Positions 9,173 to 29,476 of a DNA stretch of 64,000 bases are shown here, piece after piece. The stretch is from assembly GCA_965220965.1 (NCBI GenBank), contig OZ244852.1, positions 2,624,001-2,688,000 on the forward strand. Direction: 5' to 3'. Origin of the DNA: Candidatus Marinacidobacterium sp. Lineage in GTDB: Bacteria > Acidobacteriota > Vicinamibacteria > Marinacidobacterales > Marinacidobacteraceae. A model generated the notes under the pieces. It saw only the letters and a program-made list of their open reading frames with translations. It searched no databases and had not been told where the DNA came from. Each line of letters begins with the position of its first letter. The first letter of the stretch is position 1. The position numbers and the translations under genes were made by a program.

Positions 9173-9367
9173 CGCCCCGCGGCCCCTTCCCGCCCCTCAC
9201 GCCTTCCTCGCACGAACGCCGACTCCGGCCCCCGCCTTCTTCCTTCCATGATCCCCCGGCCCGACCCTCCCCGCAGCCCGTCACTCCGGGGAGCGTCCGC
9301 CCTGCGGCGTGGAAGGACCAGGCAGCGGTTCCCCCGCACTGGCCGGTCCTTCGTTTCCAGTTTCGAC

Positions 9368-9443
9368 GCGGGAGTAGCTCAGTTGGCAGAGCATCAGCCT
9401 TCCAAGCTGAGGGTCGCGGGTTCGAGGCCCGTCTCCCGCTCCA
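9368..9443 (+). tRNA. tRNA-Gly(TCC)
   Basis: GCGGGAG/CTCCCGC acceptor, CAGC-CTTCCAA-GCTG, TCCA end. Confidence 0.96.
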
Positions 9444-9500
9444 TTTCGGGCCGGAACGCCTTCCGGCCTGTGGCGGAGGACGCGAGCGTCCCCCGTTTTT

Positions 9501-9575
<75 letters not shown>

Positions 9576-9654
9576 CTCCAATCCTCCCCGGGCGCCGCGA
9601 GCGCTGAACGGGGACGGTCCGACTTCCCGACCCGGCAGCCAAGGAGAAAGCCAG

Positions 9655-10845
9655 ATGGCCAAGGAGAAGTTTCAGCGCACGAAACCTCACGTGAACGTGG
9701 GGACCATCGGGCACGTCGATCACGGCAAGACCACGCTCACCGCGGCGATCACCAAGGTCCTCGCGGCGCAGAGCGGCGGTGAGTTCCGCTCGTTCGACTC
9801 GATCGACAACGCTCCGGAGGAGCGTGAGCGCGGCATCACGATCGCGACCGCGCATGTGGAGTACGAGACCGCGAACCGGCACTACGCCCACGTGGACTGC
9901 CCCGGTCACGCTGACTACATCAAGAACATGATCACCGGCGCGGCGCAGATGGACGGCGCGGTGCTGCTGATCTCGGCGCCGGACGGTCCCCAGGCCCAGA
10001 CGCGGGAGCACATCCTGCTCGCCCGGCAGGTGGGCGTGCCGAGGATCGTCGTCTTCCTGAACAAGGTGGACATGCTGGATGACGAGGAGCTTCTCGAGCT
10101 GGTCGAGCTCGAGGTGCGCGAGCTGCTCTCCGAGTACGACTTCCCTGGCGACGACATCCCGGTCATCCGGGGCAGCGCCCTGACGGCGCTGAACGCCGAT
10201 GGCGGCGACGACTGGAAGCCGATCCTCGAGCTGGCGGCGGCGCTCGACGACTACGTGCCGGTGCCCGACCGCGCCATCGACAAGCCCTACCTGATGCCGA
10301 TCGAGGATGTCTTCTCGATTTCGGGTCGGGGCACGGTCGTGACCGGCCGGATCGAGCGCGGCCAGGTCCACGTCCAGGAGGAAGTCGAGATCGTCGGAAT
10401 CCGGGAGACCAGGAAGCGCGTGGTCACCGGCGTCGAGATGTTCAAGAAGCTGCTCGACGAGGGGCAGGCTGGCGACAACGTCGGGATCCTGCTTCGGGGC
10501 ACCGACCGGCGTGACGTGGAGCGCGGCATGGTGCTGGCGAAGCCCGGCTCCATCACCCCGCACCGGAAGTTCCGCTCCGAGGTCTATGTCCTCTCCAAGG
10601 AGGAGGGCGGTCGCGAGAAGCCGTTCAAGGCCGGCTATCGCCCGCAGTTCTACTTCCGGACGACGGACGTGACCGGCGCGGCCAGCTTCGTGGATCCGGA
10701 TCGGCAGGTCGCCATGCCCGGGGACAACCTGCAGCTCGAGGTCGAGCTGATCACCCCGATCGCCATGGACAAGGGACTCCGGTTCGCCATCCGCGAGGGT
10801 GGCCGGACGGTGGCCTCCGGCGTGACCACGGAGATCCTGGACTAG
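9655..10845 (+). CDS. tuf: Elongation factor Tu
   Basis: [23 protein letters not shown]; AAGGAG SD. Confidence 0.99.
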   Translation: MAKEKFQRTKPHVNVGTIGHVDHGKTTLTAAITKVLAAQSGGEFRSFDSIDNAPEERERGITIATAHVEYETANRHYAHVDCPGHADYIKNMITGAAQMDGAVLLISAPDGPQAQTREHILLARQVGVPRIVVFLNKVDMLDDEELLELVELEVRELLSEYDFPGDDIPVIRGSALTALNADGGDDWKPILELAAALDDYVPVPDRAIDKPYLMPIEDVFSISGRGTVVTGRIERGQVHVQEEVEIVGIRETRKRVVTGVEMFKKLLDEGQAGDNVGILLRGTDRRDVERGMVLAKPGSITPHRKFRSEVYVLSKEEGGREKPFKAGYRPQFYFRTTDVTGAASFVDPDRQVAMPGDNLQLEVELITPIAMDKGLRFAIREGGRTVASGVTTEILD

Positions 10846-10884
10846 GGCTCTTCCGACAGAGCCACAACCGGGTGCGAGGGCGCC

Positions 10885-11052
10885 ATGCCGCAGGACAAGA
10901 GAAAGAGGCAGCAGGTCACTCTGGCGTGTACGGACTGCAAGCGGCGCACTTACAGCACGACGAAGAACCGCACGTCGCATCCCGGACGCATGGAGCTCAG
11001 GAAGTACTGTCGCTTCTGTCGCACCCATGTGCTCCATCGGGAGACGCGATGA
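10885..11052 (+). CDS. rpmG: 50S ribosomal protein bL33 (Zn-binding form; absent from the ORF track)
   Basis: Manual translation [29 protein letters not shown]...[18 protein letters not shown]. Confidence 0.95.
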   Translation: MPQDKRKRQQVTLACTDCKRRTYSTTKNRTSHPGRMELRKYCRFCRTHVLHRETR

Positions 11053-11073
11053 CGATGTTCCGCGGGAGCGGGA

Positions 11074-11149
11074 AGGCCAGTAGCTCAATTGGCAGAGCAC
11101 CGGTCTCCAAAACCGGGGGTTGGGGGTTCGAGCCCCTCCTGGCCTGCCA
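11074..11149 (+). tRNA. tRNA-Trp(CCA)
   Basis: AGGCCAG/CTGGCCT acceptor, CCGGT-CTCCAAA-ACCGG, GCCA end; lies between rpmG and secE. Confidence 0.97.
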
Positions 11150-11218
11150 CCCCCGCTCCGGCCCGGGACCGCTGCGCTGGCGGCCCGGGATCGGAGCGTC
11201 CGGGGAGGGACCGCTGGC

Positions 11219-11434
11219 ATGAGCCGCCTGACCGAGCGCGCCGGCGCGGTGCGCGGTTTTCTCGACGAGGTTCGCGCCGAAGTCGGCAAGGTGACGTGGC
11301 CCACTCGCAACGAGGTCCGCGGCACGACGATCATCGTCCTGATCACCGTGTTCTTCTTCGGCTTCTACCTCTACGGACTCGACGTCGTCATGTCCTACAT
11401 CTCGTCCTTCGTGACCGGTCTGATCGAGGGCTGA
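11219..11434 (+). CDS. secE: Preprotein translocase SecE
   Basis: FL.EVRAEV.KVTWP motif plus one TM helix. Confidence 0.95.
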   Translation: MSRLTERAGAVRGFLDEVRAEVGKVTWPTRNEVRGTTIIVLITVFFFGFYLYGLDVVMSYISSFVTGLIEG

Positions 11435-11967
11435 TGGAGATGGCGAGAGAGTGGTACATCGTGTCCACGCACTCCAAGTTCGAGGAGAGCGTGCGCGATG
11501 CGCTTCGCCACCGCGCCCGCGCCTACGGCCTCGCCGGGCAGATCGGCGAGATCCTGATCCCGACCGAGAAAGTCGTGGAGATGCGCGGGGGGCGGCGGGT
11601 GGTCACCACGAAGCAGGTGTACCCCGGCTACGTGCTCGTCAACATGGAGATGAACGCCGACACCTGGCAGGTCGTCAAGAACACCGACAAGGTCATGGGC
11701 TTCGTGCCGCCGCACAAGCCCCAGCCGATGCCGGAGGACGATGTGGTCCGCATCCGGAGCCAGATGGAGGACGCCAGCCAGGCGCCCAAGTTGCGTCACA
11801 CCTACCAGCCGGGAGAATCGGTGCGCATCATCCACGGTCCGTTCAACGGCTTCCAGGGGGTCGTGGACGATGTCGACGCGGACCGCAACAAGCTGAAGGT
11901 CATGGTCACGATCTTCGGGCGCTCCACGCCGGTGGAGCTCGAGTTCCTCGAGGTGGAAAAGACATGA
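11434..11967 (+). CDS. nusG: Transcription factor NusG
   Basis: [34 protein letters not shown]. Confidence 0.97.
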   Translation: MEMAREWYIVSTHSKFEESVRDALRHRARAYGLAGQIGEILIPTEKVVEMRGGRRVVTTKQVYPGYVLVNMEMNADTWQVVKNTDKVMGFVPPHKPQPMPEDDVVRIRSQMEDASQAPKLRHTYQPGESVRIIHGPFNGFQGVVDDVDADRNKLKVMVTIFGRSTPVELEFLEVEKT

Positions 11968-12001
11968 GCCGGGGCAGCCGGGCCTCACGGGGGGTCTCCC
12001 G

Positions 12002-12421
12002 ATGAAGAAAGTGCTCGCGATGGCGAAGCTGCAGCTCCCGGGAGGCAAGGCCACGCCTGCGCCTCCGGTGGGCCCGGCCCTCGGTCAGCACGGGATCAAC
12101 ATCGTCGAGTTCTGCAAGTCCTTCAACGCGAAGACCCAGAACGACGTCGGCATGATCATTCCCTGCGTCGTGACCGTCTTCCAGGACCGGTCCTTCAGCT
12201 TCATCACGAAGACGCCCCCCGCCGCCGCCCTGCTCAAGAAGGCGGCCGGAATCGCCAAGGGATCGGGCATCCCGAACCGCGACCGGGTGGGGACGGTGAC
12301 GCCCGCTCAGGTCGAGGAGATCGCGAAGATCAAGATGCCCGACCTGAACGCGGTGGATCTCCAGGCCGCCCGACGCATCGTGGAAGGCACCGCCCGCAGC
12401 ATGGGGATCGCGGTCGAGTAA
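12002..12421 (+). CDS. rplK: 50S ribosomal protein uL11
   Basis: [22 protein letters not shown]. Confidence 0.98.
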   Translation: MKKVLAMAKLQLPGGKATPAPPVGPALGQHGINIVEFCKSFNAKTQNDVGMIIPCVVTVFQDRSFSFITKTPPAAALLKKAAGIAKGSGIPNRDRVGTVTPAQVEEIAKIKMPDLNAVDLQAARRIVEGTARSMGIAVE

Positions 12422-12483
12422 CGGAGTCGCATCCGAGCCAGTCCAGGGGAATCCGCAGGCAGATACCAGAGGCCGTTCGCATC

Positions 12484-13176
12484 ATGGGTCAGAAATACAC
12501 GAAGGCGAGAGAAGAGCTCGGCGGCGCCGAGCCCGAGACGCTCACCGAAGCGTTCGGCGCGCTGCAGCGCGCCAGCTTCGCGCGATTCGACGAGACCGCC
12601 GAAATCGCGCTCCGCCTGGGCGTCGACCCGCGTCACGCCGACCAGATGGTTCGGGGAACGGTCGTGCTGCCCCATGGCCTCGGCATCTCCCGGCGGGTCG
12701 CAGTGGTCGCCTCCGGAGAGAAAGTCAAGGAAGCGGAAGAGGCCGGCGCCGATCTGGTGGGTGGAGAGGACCTGGTGAAGCGCATCCAGGGCGGTTTCCT
12801 CGACTTCGAGGCCGTGGTCGCCACTCCCGACATGATGCGGTCCGTGGGGAAACTGGGCCGGGTCCTGGGACCGCGGGGGATGATGCCGAACCCGAAGTCG
12901 GGGACGATCACCTTCGACGTGGCGGCGGCGGTCCGCGACATCAAGGCCGGGAAGGTCAACTACCGGGTGGACAAGACCTCGAACCTGCACGCCCCGGTCG
13001 GAAAGCTGTCGTTCTCCGCGGAGTCGCTCGCCGAGAACACGATGGCGCTGGTGCAGGCGGTGATCCGCCAGCGGCCGGCCGCCGCCAAGGGCCGCTTCAT
13101 CCGCAGCGTCGCCCTCAGTTCCACGATGAGTCCCGGACTCTCCATCAATCCGGCCCTGGTGGGCGCCACCAGGTAG
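12484..13176 (+). CDS. rplA: 50S ribosomal protein uL1
   Basis: [32 protein letters not shown]. Confidence 0.98.
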   Translation: MGQKYTKAREELGGAEPETLTEAFGALQRASFARFDETAEIALRLGVDPRHADQMVRGTVVLPHGLGISRRVAVVASGEKVKEAEEAGADLVGGEDLVKRIQGGFLDFEAVVATPDMMRSVGKLGRVLGPRGMMPNPKSGTITFDVAAAVRDIKAGKVNYRVDKTSNLHAPVGKLSFSAESLAENTMALVQAVIRQRPAAAKGRFIRSVALSSTMSPGLSINPALVGATR

Positions 13177-13200
13177 TCGCACCGAAGGTCCCGACCCGAC

Positions 13201-13740
13201 ATGCAGCGCGTTGAGAAAGTCAGGAGCGCCGAGGAGCTCGCGGGTGTGCTGCGCGAGCCGGCGGCCCTCTTTTCCTTCGACTTCCGCGGCCTGAGCGTCG
13301 CTCAGGTCACCGACCTCCGCCGGCGCGTCCGGGAGGCGGGCGGTCAGTACCGGGTGGTCAAGAACTCGACGGCGCGCTGGGCCTTCCGGGATGCGGGCAT
13401 CACCGGGCTCGACGATCACCTCGTCGGCATGACCGGTCTCGCGTGGGCCGAGGCCGACCCGGCGTCGCTCGCCAAGGTCCTTCACGAGACCGCGAAGGAT
13501 CTGGAAGGCCTCCGGTTCAAGGGAGGCGTCGTCCAGGCGCGCGCGCTGGACGAGCAGGCCTTCGAGGCGCTGGCGAAGCTCCCCGGCGAAGACGTGCTTC
13601 GGACGCAGGTCGTTTCGCTCATCGCCGCGCCGATCCGCAACCTCATGAATGTGCTGGAAGGCGTGCCCCGCAAACTCGTTCTCGTCCTCAAGGCCGCCGA
13701 GGCCAGCAAAGCGGAGGGAGAGGGGGGCCAGGCCGGCTGA
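13201..13740 (+). CDS. rplJ: 50S ribosomal protein uL10
   Basis: DFRGLSV.Q..DLR, VVKN, LAKLP; position between rplA and rplL. Confidence 0.95.
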   Translation: MQRVEKVRSAEELAGVLREPAALFSFDFRGLSVAQVTDLRRRVREAGGQYRVVKNSTARWAFRDAGITGLDDHLVGMTGLAWAEADPASLAKVLHETAKDLEGLRFKGGVVQARALDEQAFEALAKLPGEDVLRTQVVSLIAAPIRNLMNVLEGVPRKLVLVLKAAEASKAEGEGGQAG

Positions 13741-13808
13741 GCCCGGGTCGCCCCTCTTCCTTTGCGCCAACAATTTCCGTCCAGAACCCAAGGAGTAGAT
13801 GACCCGTC

Positions 13809-14189
13809 ATGGCCCTGAATCAGCAGGATGTCGTCAACCACATCAAGTCCCTCACTGTGCTCGAGCTGGCCGACCTGGTCAAGGCGCTCGAGGAGGAACT
13901 CGGGGTTTCCGCCGCGGCCGCCATGCCCGTCGCCGTGGCCGGCGACGCCGGCGGCCAGGCGGCCGCCGCCGAGGAGCAGACAGAGTTCGACGCGGTTCTC
14001 GCCGATACCGGCCCGAACCGGGTTCAGGTGATCAAGGCGGTCCGCGAGATCACCAGCCTCGGCCTCCGGGAGGCCAAGGGACTCGTCGAAGAGGCGCCGA
14101 AGCCGGTGAAGGAGGGCATTTCCAAGGAGGAGGCCGAAGAAATCGCGGCCCGCTTCGAGAAGGTGGGGGCCAGGATCGAGATCAAGTAG
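13809..14189 (+). CDS. rplL: 50S ribosomal protein bL12
   Basis: [37 protein letters not shown]. Confidence 0.98.
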   Translation: MALNQQDVVNHIKSLTVLELADLVKALEEELGVSAAAAMPVAVAGDAGGQAAAAEEQTEFDAVLADTGPNRVQVIKAVREITSLGLREAKGLVEEAPKPVKEGISKEEAEEIAARFEKVGARIEIK

Positions 14190-14371
14190 GCGGGCGCATG
14201 CCGCTGTCCCGCCCGCATCCCTCGACGCCTCCCGTCGGGGCCGCGCCGCCGGTCCCGTCGTCTTCCCCCTTTCCGCTCCTGACGCGCCCTACGACTCCCT
14301 TCCCGTCGGATTTGCTTCCGAACCTCCGGCCGCATCCTCCCCGGCCCGGGGCCTGACCGAGGCCCGCCTCC

Positions 14372-18595
<4,224 letters not shown>

Positions 18596-18618
18596 CGCGG
18601 CGCGGGAGGAGTACGACA

Positions 18619-22962
<4,344 letters not shown>

Positions 22963-22999
22963 GCCGCCCGGGAAGGGGGGTCCGCCGGGGAATTCGCGT

Positions 23000-23029
23000 T
23001 TGACTGCGGCGCGCCGCGGAACGTAGAAT
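23000..23029 (+). promoter_or_regulatory. Sigma70 promoter for the str operon: TTGACT-18 nt-TAGAAT
   Basis: Near-consensus hexamers between rpoC and rpsL. Confidence 0.7.
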
Positions 23030-23208
23030 CCCCGGTTCCCGCTCAGGCTTCACGAACAGGTTTCACGCGCCCGAGCAACCACGCCTCACCGGGCGTGACG
23101 CCGCGGATCGGCTGGTCCGAGCACCCTTGGGATGTGTGCGGTGGCGCGTTGTGAAGACAGCTTCCCTCCGTCCGGAGGACCTTTCCCGTCCCGGGATCTG
23201 AAATATCC

Positions 23209-23583
23209 ATGCCCACGATCCATCAGCTCGTTCGCCAAGGCAGAAAACGCATGGCGCCCGGCACCGACTCGCCGGCCCTCCAGCGTTGCCCGCAGCGACG
23301 GGGGGTGTGTGTCCGGGTCTTCACCATCAACCCCAAGAAGCCCAACTCCGCGCTCCGCAAGGTCGCCCGCGTCCGCCTCACGAACGGAATCGAGGTGACG
23401 ACCTACATTCCGGGGGTCGGCCACACCCTGCAGGAGCACTCGATCGTGCTGATCCGCGGCGGCCGCGTGAAGGATCTTCCCGGCGTCCGGTACCACGTGA
23501 TCCGGGGCGCGCTCGACGCTGTGGGCGTGGACGGCCGCAAGAACGCCCGGTCCAAGTACGGCGCGAAGCGCCCCAAGGCCTGA
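23209..23583 (+). CDS. rpsL: 30S ribosomal protein uS12
   Basis: [21 protein letters not shown]. Confidence 0.99.
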   Translation: MPTIHQLVRQGRKRMAPGTDSPALQRCPQRRGVCVRVFTINPKKPNSALRKVARVRLTNGIEVTTYIPGVGHTLQEHSIVLIRGGRVKDLPGVRYHVIRGALDAVGVDGRKNARSKYGAKRPKA

Positions 23584-23610
23584 GCCCGCCGAGTTCCGAG
23601 GTCTCCACCC

Positions 23611-24081
23611 ATGTCCCGTCGCCGCGATGTGCCGAAACGGCCGCCCGTGCCCGACCCCCGGTTCCAGAGCGGCCTGGTCTCTTCCTTCATCAACAAGGTG
23701 ATGAAGGACGGCAAGAAGTCGACGGCCGAGCGGATCGTGTACGGAGCGTTCGAGCAGATCCGCGAGAAGACCGACGGGGATCCGCTGAGCACCTTCCGGG
23801 AGGCGGTTCAGAACGTGAAGCCCTCCCTCGAAGTCAAGAGCCGGCGAAAGGGCGGAGCCAACGTCCAGGTCCCCTATGAGGTGCGTCCGGAGCGCAAGAC
23901 CTCCCTGTCGCTCCGCTGGCTCGTGGACTACGCGCGCCGCCGACCGGAGAAGACGATGGTCGAACGGCTCGCCGGCGAACTCCTCGACGCTTCCCAGAAT
24001 CGCGGCGGAGCCGTCAAGAAGCGCGAGGACACTCACAAGATGGCGGAGGCGAACAAGGCGTTCGCCCATCACCGCTGGTGA
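23611..24081 (+). CDS. rpsG: 30S ribosomal protein uS7
   Basis: [33 protein letters not shown]. Confidence 0.98.
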   Translation: MSRRRDVPKRPPVPDPRFQSGLVSSFINKVMKDGKKSTAERIVYGAFEQIREKTDGDPLSTFREAVQNVKPSLEVKSRRKGGANVQVPYEVRPERKTSLSLRWLVDYARRRPEKTMVERLAGELLDASQNRGGAVKKREDTHKMAEANKAFAHHRW

Positions 24082-24164
24082 CCCTCCCCCAGCCCGCGCC
24101 TGCCTCTCCCCTTCTCACCGACCACCCACTCCCCTGTCTCCCGAGCAGACCCCTCCGCTCCATC

Positions 24165-26309
24165 ATGCCGCGCAAAGTCGCCCTCGCCGACACCCGGAAC
24201 ATCGGGATCATGGCGCACATTGACGCGGGCAAGACAACCACCACCGAGCGCATCCTCTACTACACCGGGATCACCTACAAGCTCGGTGAGGTCCATGAAG
24301 GGACCGCCACCATGGACTGGATGGAGCAGGAGCAGGAGCGGGGCATCACGATCACGTCGGCGGCGACGACCTGTTTCTGGAACGGGCGCCGGGTCAACAT
24401 CATCGACACCCCCGGCCATGTGGACTTCACGGCCGAGGTGGAGCGTTCCCTGCGCGTCCTCGACGGGGCGGTCGCGGTGTTCTGCGCCGTAGGCGGGGTG
24501 GAGCCGCAGTCGGAGACGGTCTGGCGTCAGGCCGACAAGTACCGGGTTCCCCGGGTCGCGTTCGTGAACAAGATGGATCGCGCCGGCGCCGACTTCGACC
24601 ACGTGGTCGGCCAGATCGAGGATCGCCTCGGGGCGCGCGCTGCGCCGATCCAGGCGCCCATCGGCGCGGAGGACTCCTTCGAGGGAGTCGTGGATCTGGT
24701 CCGGATGCGCGAGTTCCGGTACCTCGGCGACTCGCTCGGGGCCCGGTTCGAAGAGGGGCCGGTCGCCGCCGAGCGCGAGGAGTCGGCGCTGGTCGCCCGC
24801 GAGGCGCTGGTGGAGAAGATCTGCGAGTGCGATCTCGAGGCGCTCGCCGCCTGGGACGCCCGCGGGGATCTCACCGCCGACGAGTGCGAGGCCGCGCTTC
24901 GCCGCGCGACGCTGTCGCTGCAGCTCGTTCCGGTCCTGTGCGGCTCGGCCTTCCGGAACAAGGGGGTCCAGCCGCTGCTGGATGCGGTGGTGTCCTACCT
25001 CCCGGCCCCGACGGACGTGCCGCCGATGACCGGGACCCGGACGCCGGCGGGGCCCGGTCTGGGCGCCGCGGCGGCGACCGCGAACGGGACCGCGGAGAGC
25101 GCCGCCGACGCTGACGGCGTCGCCGAGGAGGTCCTGGTCCGGGAGGCGCGGGACGACGCCCCGTTCGCTGCGCTGGTCTTCAAGGTGATGGCGGACCCGT
25201 TCGTCGGACAGCTTTCGTTCTTCCGGGTCTACTCCGGGGTCCTCAAGGCCGGCGACACGGTTCTGAATTCCGCCCGCAACCGACGCTCGCGGGTCGGGCG
25301 GCTCCTCAAGGTCCACGCCAACAAGCGCGAGGAGATCAAGGAGGTCTACGCCGGCGACATCGCCGCCGCCGTCGGTCTCCGCAACTCGATGACCGGGGAG
25401 ACGATCTGTGACCCGGCCGCGCCCATCGTCCTCGAACCGATGGAGTTTCCCGAGCCGGTCATCTCGCGGGTCATCGAACCGTCCACCAAGGCGGACCAGG
25501 AAAAGCTCTCCGCCGCCCTCGGGAAACTGACCCACGAGGATCCGACCTTCCGGGTCACCACGGACGCCGAGACCGCCCAGACGATCATCAGCGGGATGGG
25601 GGAGCTTCACCTCGAGATCATCGTGGACCGTCTGCTCCGGGAGTTCCAGGTCGGCGCGGTGGTCGGTCAGCCGCGGGTGGCCTATCGCGAGGCGATCCGC
25701 TCGAGCACGCGCGCCGAGGGCCGTCACGTGCGGCAGACCGGCGGACGCGGGCAGTACGGCCACGTCCGCATCGAGGTCTCCCCGAACCACCAGGAGCCCT
25801 TCGAGTTCATCAACGGGATCGTCGGGGGCGCCGTCCCCCGGGAGTACATCCCGGCGGTCGAAGAGGGAGCGCGCGACGCGCTCGAGAATGGTCCGCTCGC
25901 CGGATTCCCGGTGACCGGAGTCACCGTCCGGCTCTACGACGGAACGTTCCATTCCGTGGACAGTTCGGAGATCGCGTTCCGCATCGCCGGTTCGCTGGCG
26001 GTGAAGGACGCGATCCGCCGCTGTTCGCCGGTGATTCTCGAACCCGTCATGAGGGTCGAGGTCGTCACTCCCGACGAATACACCGGCGAGGTCATGGGCG
26101 ACCTGTCCGCGCGGAGGGCGCGGATCACCGGACTCTCGGTCCGGGGGAACGCCCAGGTCATCGACGCCCGGGTTCCGCTCGCGGGGATGTTCGGATACGC
26201 CACCGACATCCGCTCGGCGACCCAGGGGCGCGCCACCTACACGATGCACTTCGGGTCCTACGAGGAGGCCCCGGAACCGGTCATGGCGGAGGTCATGGCC
26301 GGCGCCTGA
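24165..26309 (+). CDS. fusA: Elongation factor G (canonical EF-G1)
   Basis: [30 protein letters not shown]; start reassigned to ATG 24165. Confidence 0.98.
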   Translation: MPRKVALADTRNIGIMAHIDAGKTTTTERILYYTGITYKLGEVHEGTATMDWMEQEQERGITITSAATTCFWNGRRVNIIDTPGHVDFTAEVERSLRVLDGAVAVFCAVGGVEPQSETVWRQADKYRVPRVAFVNKMDRAGADFDHVVGQIEDRLGARAAPIQAPIGAEDSFEGVVDLVRMREFRYLGDSLGARFEEGPVAAEREESALVAREALVEKICECDLEALAAWDARGDLTADECEAALRRATLSLQLVPVLCGSAFRNKGVQPLLDAVVSYLPAPTDVPPMTGTRTPAGPGLGAAAATANGTAESAADADGVAEEVLVREARDDAPFAALVFKVMADPFVGQLSFFRVYSGVLKAGDTVLNSARNRRSRVGRLLKVHANKREEIKEVYAGDIAAAVGLRNSMTGETICDPAAPIVLEPMEFPEPVISRVIEPSTKADQEKLSAALGKLTHEDPTFRVTTDAETAQTIISGMGELHLEIIVDRLLREFQVGAVVGQPRVAYREAIRSSTRAEGRHVRQTGGRGQYGHVRIEVSPNHQEPFEFINGIVGGAVPREYIPAVEEGARDALENGPLAGFPVTGVTVRLYDGTFHSVDSSEIAFRIAGSLAVKDAIRRCSPVILEPVMRVEVVTPDEYTGEVMGDLSARRARITGLSVRGNAQVIDARVPLAGMFGYATDIRSATQGRATYTMHFGSYEEAPEPVMAEVMAGA

Positions 26310-26373
26310 CCCGGGCGGGACACCATGTTCGACACCGGGCGGGAACGACGAGGTTCGTAACCGGAACGCCGCC

Positions 26374-26706
26374 ATGAACGAAAAGATCCGCATCCGTCTC
26401 AAGGCCTTCGACCACCAGCTTCTGGATCAGTCCGCCAGCGAGATCGTGGAGACGGCGAAGCGCACCGGGGCCATCGTGGCCGGTCCGATTCCGCTCCCGA
26501 CGGTGAAGAACCGCTACACCGTGCTGCGCTCGCCGCATGTGGACAAGAAGTCGCGGGAGCAGTTCGAGCTCCGCACCCACAAGCGGCTCCTCGACATCCT
26601 CGGCTCCACGCCCACCACGGTGGACGCCCTGTCGCGCCTCGACCTGCCCGCCGGGGTGCACGTCGAGATCAAGGCCATGGTCACCGGCGGCCCGGACGGC
26701 GCGTAG
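26374..26706 (+). CDS. rpsJ: 30S ribosomal protein uS10
   Basis: [30 protein letters not shown]. Confidence 0.98.
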   Translation: MNEKIRIRLKAFDHQLLDQSASEIVETAKRTGAIVAGPIPLPTVKNRYTVLRSPHVDKKSREQFELRTHKRLLDILGSTPTTVDALSRLDLPAGVHVEIKAMVTGGPDGA

Positions 26707-26730
26707 GACGGGTTCAGGGAGGACATCCGG

Positions 26731-27357
26731 ATGGACGGCTTGCTCGGCGTGAAGCTGGGAATGACCCAGCGGTTTTCGGACAACGGGACCGTTGTGCCGG
26801 TCACGTTGCTTCGCGTGGGCCCCTGCGTGGTTGTCCAGAAGAAGACTGCGGGGGCGGACGGTTACGACGCGGTGCAGGTCGGCCTCGAAGGGGCCGGCCC
26901 GCGCGCGCGGGGACGCTCCCGGGCGCAGTCGACCCGTCTCTCGGCGGCTGGCGTCGGCGGAGCGGTTTCCGCCCTGCGGGAGTTCCGGGCGGACGACGGC
27001 GAGGACGTCGAGGTCGGGGCGCGCCTGGGAGCGGGGGTGTTTTCCCCGGATGACCGGGTGTCGGTCAGCGGGGTCAGCAAGGGGCGCGGTTTTTCCGGGG
27101 TCATGCGCCGGCACGGGTTCCACGGCGGCCCGAAGTCGCATGGCTCCAAGTTCCACCGCGCGCCGGGAGCGATCGGGATGTGCGCCACGCCGTCGCGCGT
27201 CCTTCCGGGCACCCGGCTGCCCGGGCATTACGGGCAGGCGCGGGTGACCGTGCGGAATCTGCGGGTCGTCCAGGTGGACACCGACCAGAACCTCGTCGCG
27301 GTGCGGGGCGCCGTTCCCGGTCCTCGCGGCGGCCTCGTGGAGATCCGCAAGGCGTGA
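26731..27357 (+). CDS. rplC: 50S ribosomal protein uL3
   Basis: G.KLGMTQ, DGY.AVQ, SKGRGF.G, HGS.FHR.PG. Confidence 0.96.
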   Translation: MDGLLGVKLGMTQRFSDNGTVVPVTLLRVGPCVVVQKKTAGADGYDAVQVGLEGAGPRARGRSRAQSTRLSAAGVGGAVSALREFRADDGEDVEVGARLGAGVFSPDDRVSVSGVSKGRGFSGVMRRHGFHGGPKSHGSKFHRAPGAIGMCATPSRVLPGTRLPGHYGQARVTVRNLRVVQVDTDQNLVAVRGAVPGPRGGLVEIRKA

Positions 27358-27376
27358 CCCGCAGGAGCTGGAGGCC

Positions 27377-28024
27377 ATGACCGAGCAGACCACCGCGCCA
27401 GCCGCCGTCCCTGTGCTCGGGGGCGGGGAGGCGGTCCTCGACCCGGGCGTGTTCGCCGCTCCGGTGAACCCCGCCCTCCATTACGACGCCGTCCGCCAGT
27501 ACCGGGCGGGCCTCCGCGCCGGAACCCACTCCACGAAGAACCGGGCGCGCGTCCGGGGCGGGGGCCGCAAGCCCTGGCGCCAGAAGGGCACCGGCAACGC
27601 CCGGACCGGGAGTCGCCGCAATCCGCTGTGGCGGGGCGGCGGGACGGTCTTCGGGCCGCTTCCGCGGGACTACAGCTACCGGTTGCCGGGGAAGATGCAG
27701 CGGGGGGCGTTGCGCTCCGCGCTCTCGCACCGGGCCGGGGAGGACAAGCTTCGGCTCTACGACGACTTCGGACTCGAAGCGCCTTCGACGCAGGCGCTCG
27801 TCCGGCGGCTCGCCGAGTGGGGTCTGGGGAACGAGCGCCTCCTCATCGTGGAGTCCGATCCCTCCGAGTCGCTGTGGCTCTCGGCGCGCAACCTCCCGAG
27901 GGTCGATGTCGTGACGGTGGCCGCGCTCCACGCCTATGACGTGCTCCGGGCCGGGGTCGTGCTGATCCGCAACGGATCGCTCGACGCGATCGGCGCCAAG
28001 CTCGCGGAAGCGGGAGGCCGGTGA
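27377..28024 (+). CDS. rplD: 50S ribosomal protein uL4
   Basis: [24 protein letters not shown]. Confidence 0.97.
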   Translation: MTEQTTAPAAVPVLGGGEAVLDPGVFAAPVNPALHYDAVRQYRAGLRAGTHSTKNRARVRGGGRKPWRQKGTGNARTGSRRNPLWRGGGTVFGPLPRDYSYRLPGKMQRGALRSALSHRAGEDKLRLYDDFGLEAPSTQALVRRLAEWGLGNERLLIVESDPSESLWLSARNLPRVDVVTVAALHAYDVLRAGVVLIRNGSLDAIGAKLAEAGGR

Positions 28025-28311
28025 TGGAACTCGACCGCGTGATCCTCGGGCCGCTGACCACCGAGAAGGCGGACCGGCTCCAGGAACAGCACAACGTGAT
28101 CTGTTTCCGGGTCCATCCCGACGCGAACAAGGTGCAGATCCGACGGGCGGTGGAGAGCCTCTTCGAGGTCGAGGTGAACGCCGTGCGGACCGCCCGGCGG
28201 CGCGGCAAGGAGAAGCGGTGGGGGCGTTTCGTCGGGCGCCGTCCGGACTGGAAGAAGGCCTTCGTCACGCTCGCCGAGGGGCACTCGGTCGAGATCTTCA
28301 AGGGCGTGTAG
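28024..28311 (+). CDS. rplW: 50S ribosomal protein uL23
   Basis: P..TEKA, F.V...[12 protein letters not shown]. Confidence 0.96.
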   Translation: MELDRVILGPLTTEKADRLQEQHNVICFRVHPDANKVQIRRAVESLFEVEVNAVRTARRRGKEKRWGRFVGRRPDWKKAFVTLAEGHSVEIFKGV

Positions 28312-28318
28312 AGCCGTC

Positions 28319-29152
28319 ATGCCGATCAGGAAATCCCGACCGACCTCGCCGGGGCGCCGGTTCCACACCGTCCAGACCTTCGAGGAGCTGACGACCCGCC
28401 AGCCCGAGAAGTCCCTGACCCGGGGCAAGAAATCGAGCGGCGGCCGCAACGGCGGCGGGCGGATCACCGTCCGCTTCCGTGGCGGGGGCCACAAGCGGCG
28501 TCTGCGGGAAATCGATTTCCGCCGGGCCAAGCCCGGCGTTCCGGCGAAGGTCGCGACGATCGAGTACGACCCGAACCGGTCCGCCCGGATCGCGCTGCTT
28601 CACTACGCCGATGGAGAAAAGCGCTACATCCTCCACGCCGTCGGGATGAAGGTGGGCGACACCGTGGTGGCGAGCGACGCCGCCGAGATCCTTCCCGGCA
28701 ACATGCTCCGGATCGAGCGGATTCCGCTCGGGGCGACGATCCACAACGTGGAGCTCCGTCCCGGGGGCGGCGCCCGGCTGGCGCGGAGCGCGGGGGCCTT
28801 TGTGCAGCTCGTGGCCAAGGAGGGCCGTTACGCCCAGTTGCGGCTCCCCTCCGGCGAAGTGCGGCGCGTCCACCGGGAATGCCACGCCACCATCGGGCAG
28901 GTCTCGAACCTGGAACACGAGAACGTGAAGCTGGGGAAGGCGGGCCGCAAGCGCTGGCTTGGCCGGCGACCCCACAACCGCGGCGTCACGATGAACCCGG
29001 TGGATCACCCCCACGGCGGCGGAGAGGGCAAGAGCTCGGGGGGGCGCCATCCGGTCTCGCCCTGGGGCATGCCCACCAAGGGTTACAAGACCCGGAACAA
29101 CAAGCGCACCGACTGGGTGATCGTGCGCTCGCGCAAGCGGCGGCGGAAGTAG
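28319..29152 (+). CDS. rplB: 50S ribosomal protein uL2
   Basis: [22 protein letters not shown]. Confidence 0.99.
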   Translation: MPIRKSRPTSPGRRFHTVQTFEELTTRQPEKSLTRGKKSSGGRNGGGRITVRFRGGGHKRRLREIDFRRAKPGVPAKVATIEYDPNRSARIALLHYADGEKRYILHAVGMKVGDTVVASDAAEILPGNMLRIERIPLGATIHNVELRPGGGARLARSAGAFVQLVAKEGRYAQLRLPSGEVRRVHRECHATIGQVSNLEHENVKLGKAGRKRWLGRRPHNRGVTMNPVDHPHGGGEGKSSGGRHPVSPWGMPTKGYKTRNNKRTDWVIVRSRKRRRK

Positions 29153-29191
29153 GCGCGCGCCCGCCGGGAAGGCAACCAGGAGACCCATTCG

Positions 29192-29476
29192 ATGCCGCGT
29201 TCGGTTCAGAAAGGCCCGTACATCGAGGAGAGCCTCATCCGCAAGGTCGAAGACGCCCACCTGGCGCGCCGGCAGACGATCATCAAGACCTGGTCCCGAC
29301 GGTCCACGATCGTGCCGCAGATGGTGGGGCTCACCTTCGCCGTGCACAACGGCAAGAAGTTCATTCCGGTCTACGTCACCGACAACATGGTGGGCCACAA
29401 GCTGGGTGAGTTCTCGCCGACCCGCACCTTCAAGGGCCACAAGGTGAAGACCGAGCGGGCGAGGGGCAGGCGGTGA
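29192..29476 (+). CDS. rpsS: 30S ribosomal protein uS19
   Basis: [24 protein letters not shown]. Confidence 0.98.
   Translation: MPRSVQKGPYIEESLIRKVEDAHLARRQTIIKTWSRRSTIVPQMVGLTFAVHNGKKFIPVYVTDNMVGHKLGEFSPTRTFKGHKVKTERARGRR

Noticed and set aside
13177-13200. L10 leader upstream of rplJ
   Set aside because: Only 24 nt between rplA and rplJ; no room for the element
23209-23583. Streptomycin-resistance changes in uS12
   Set aside because: Both key lysines (PKKPNS and RVKDLP) are wild type
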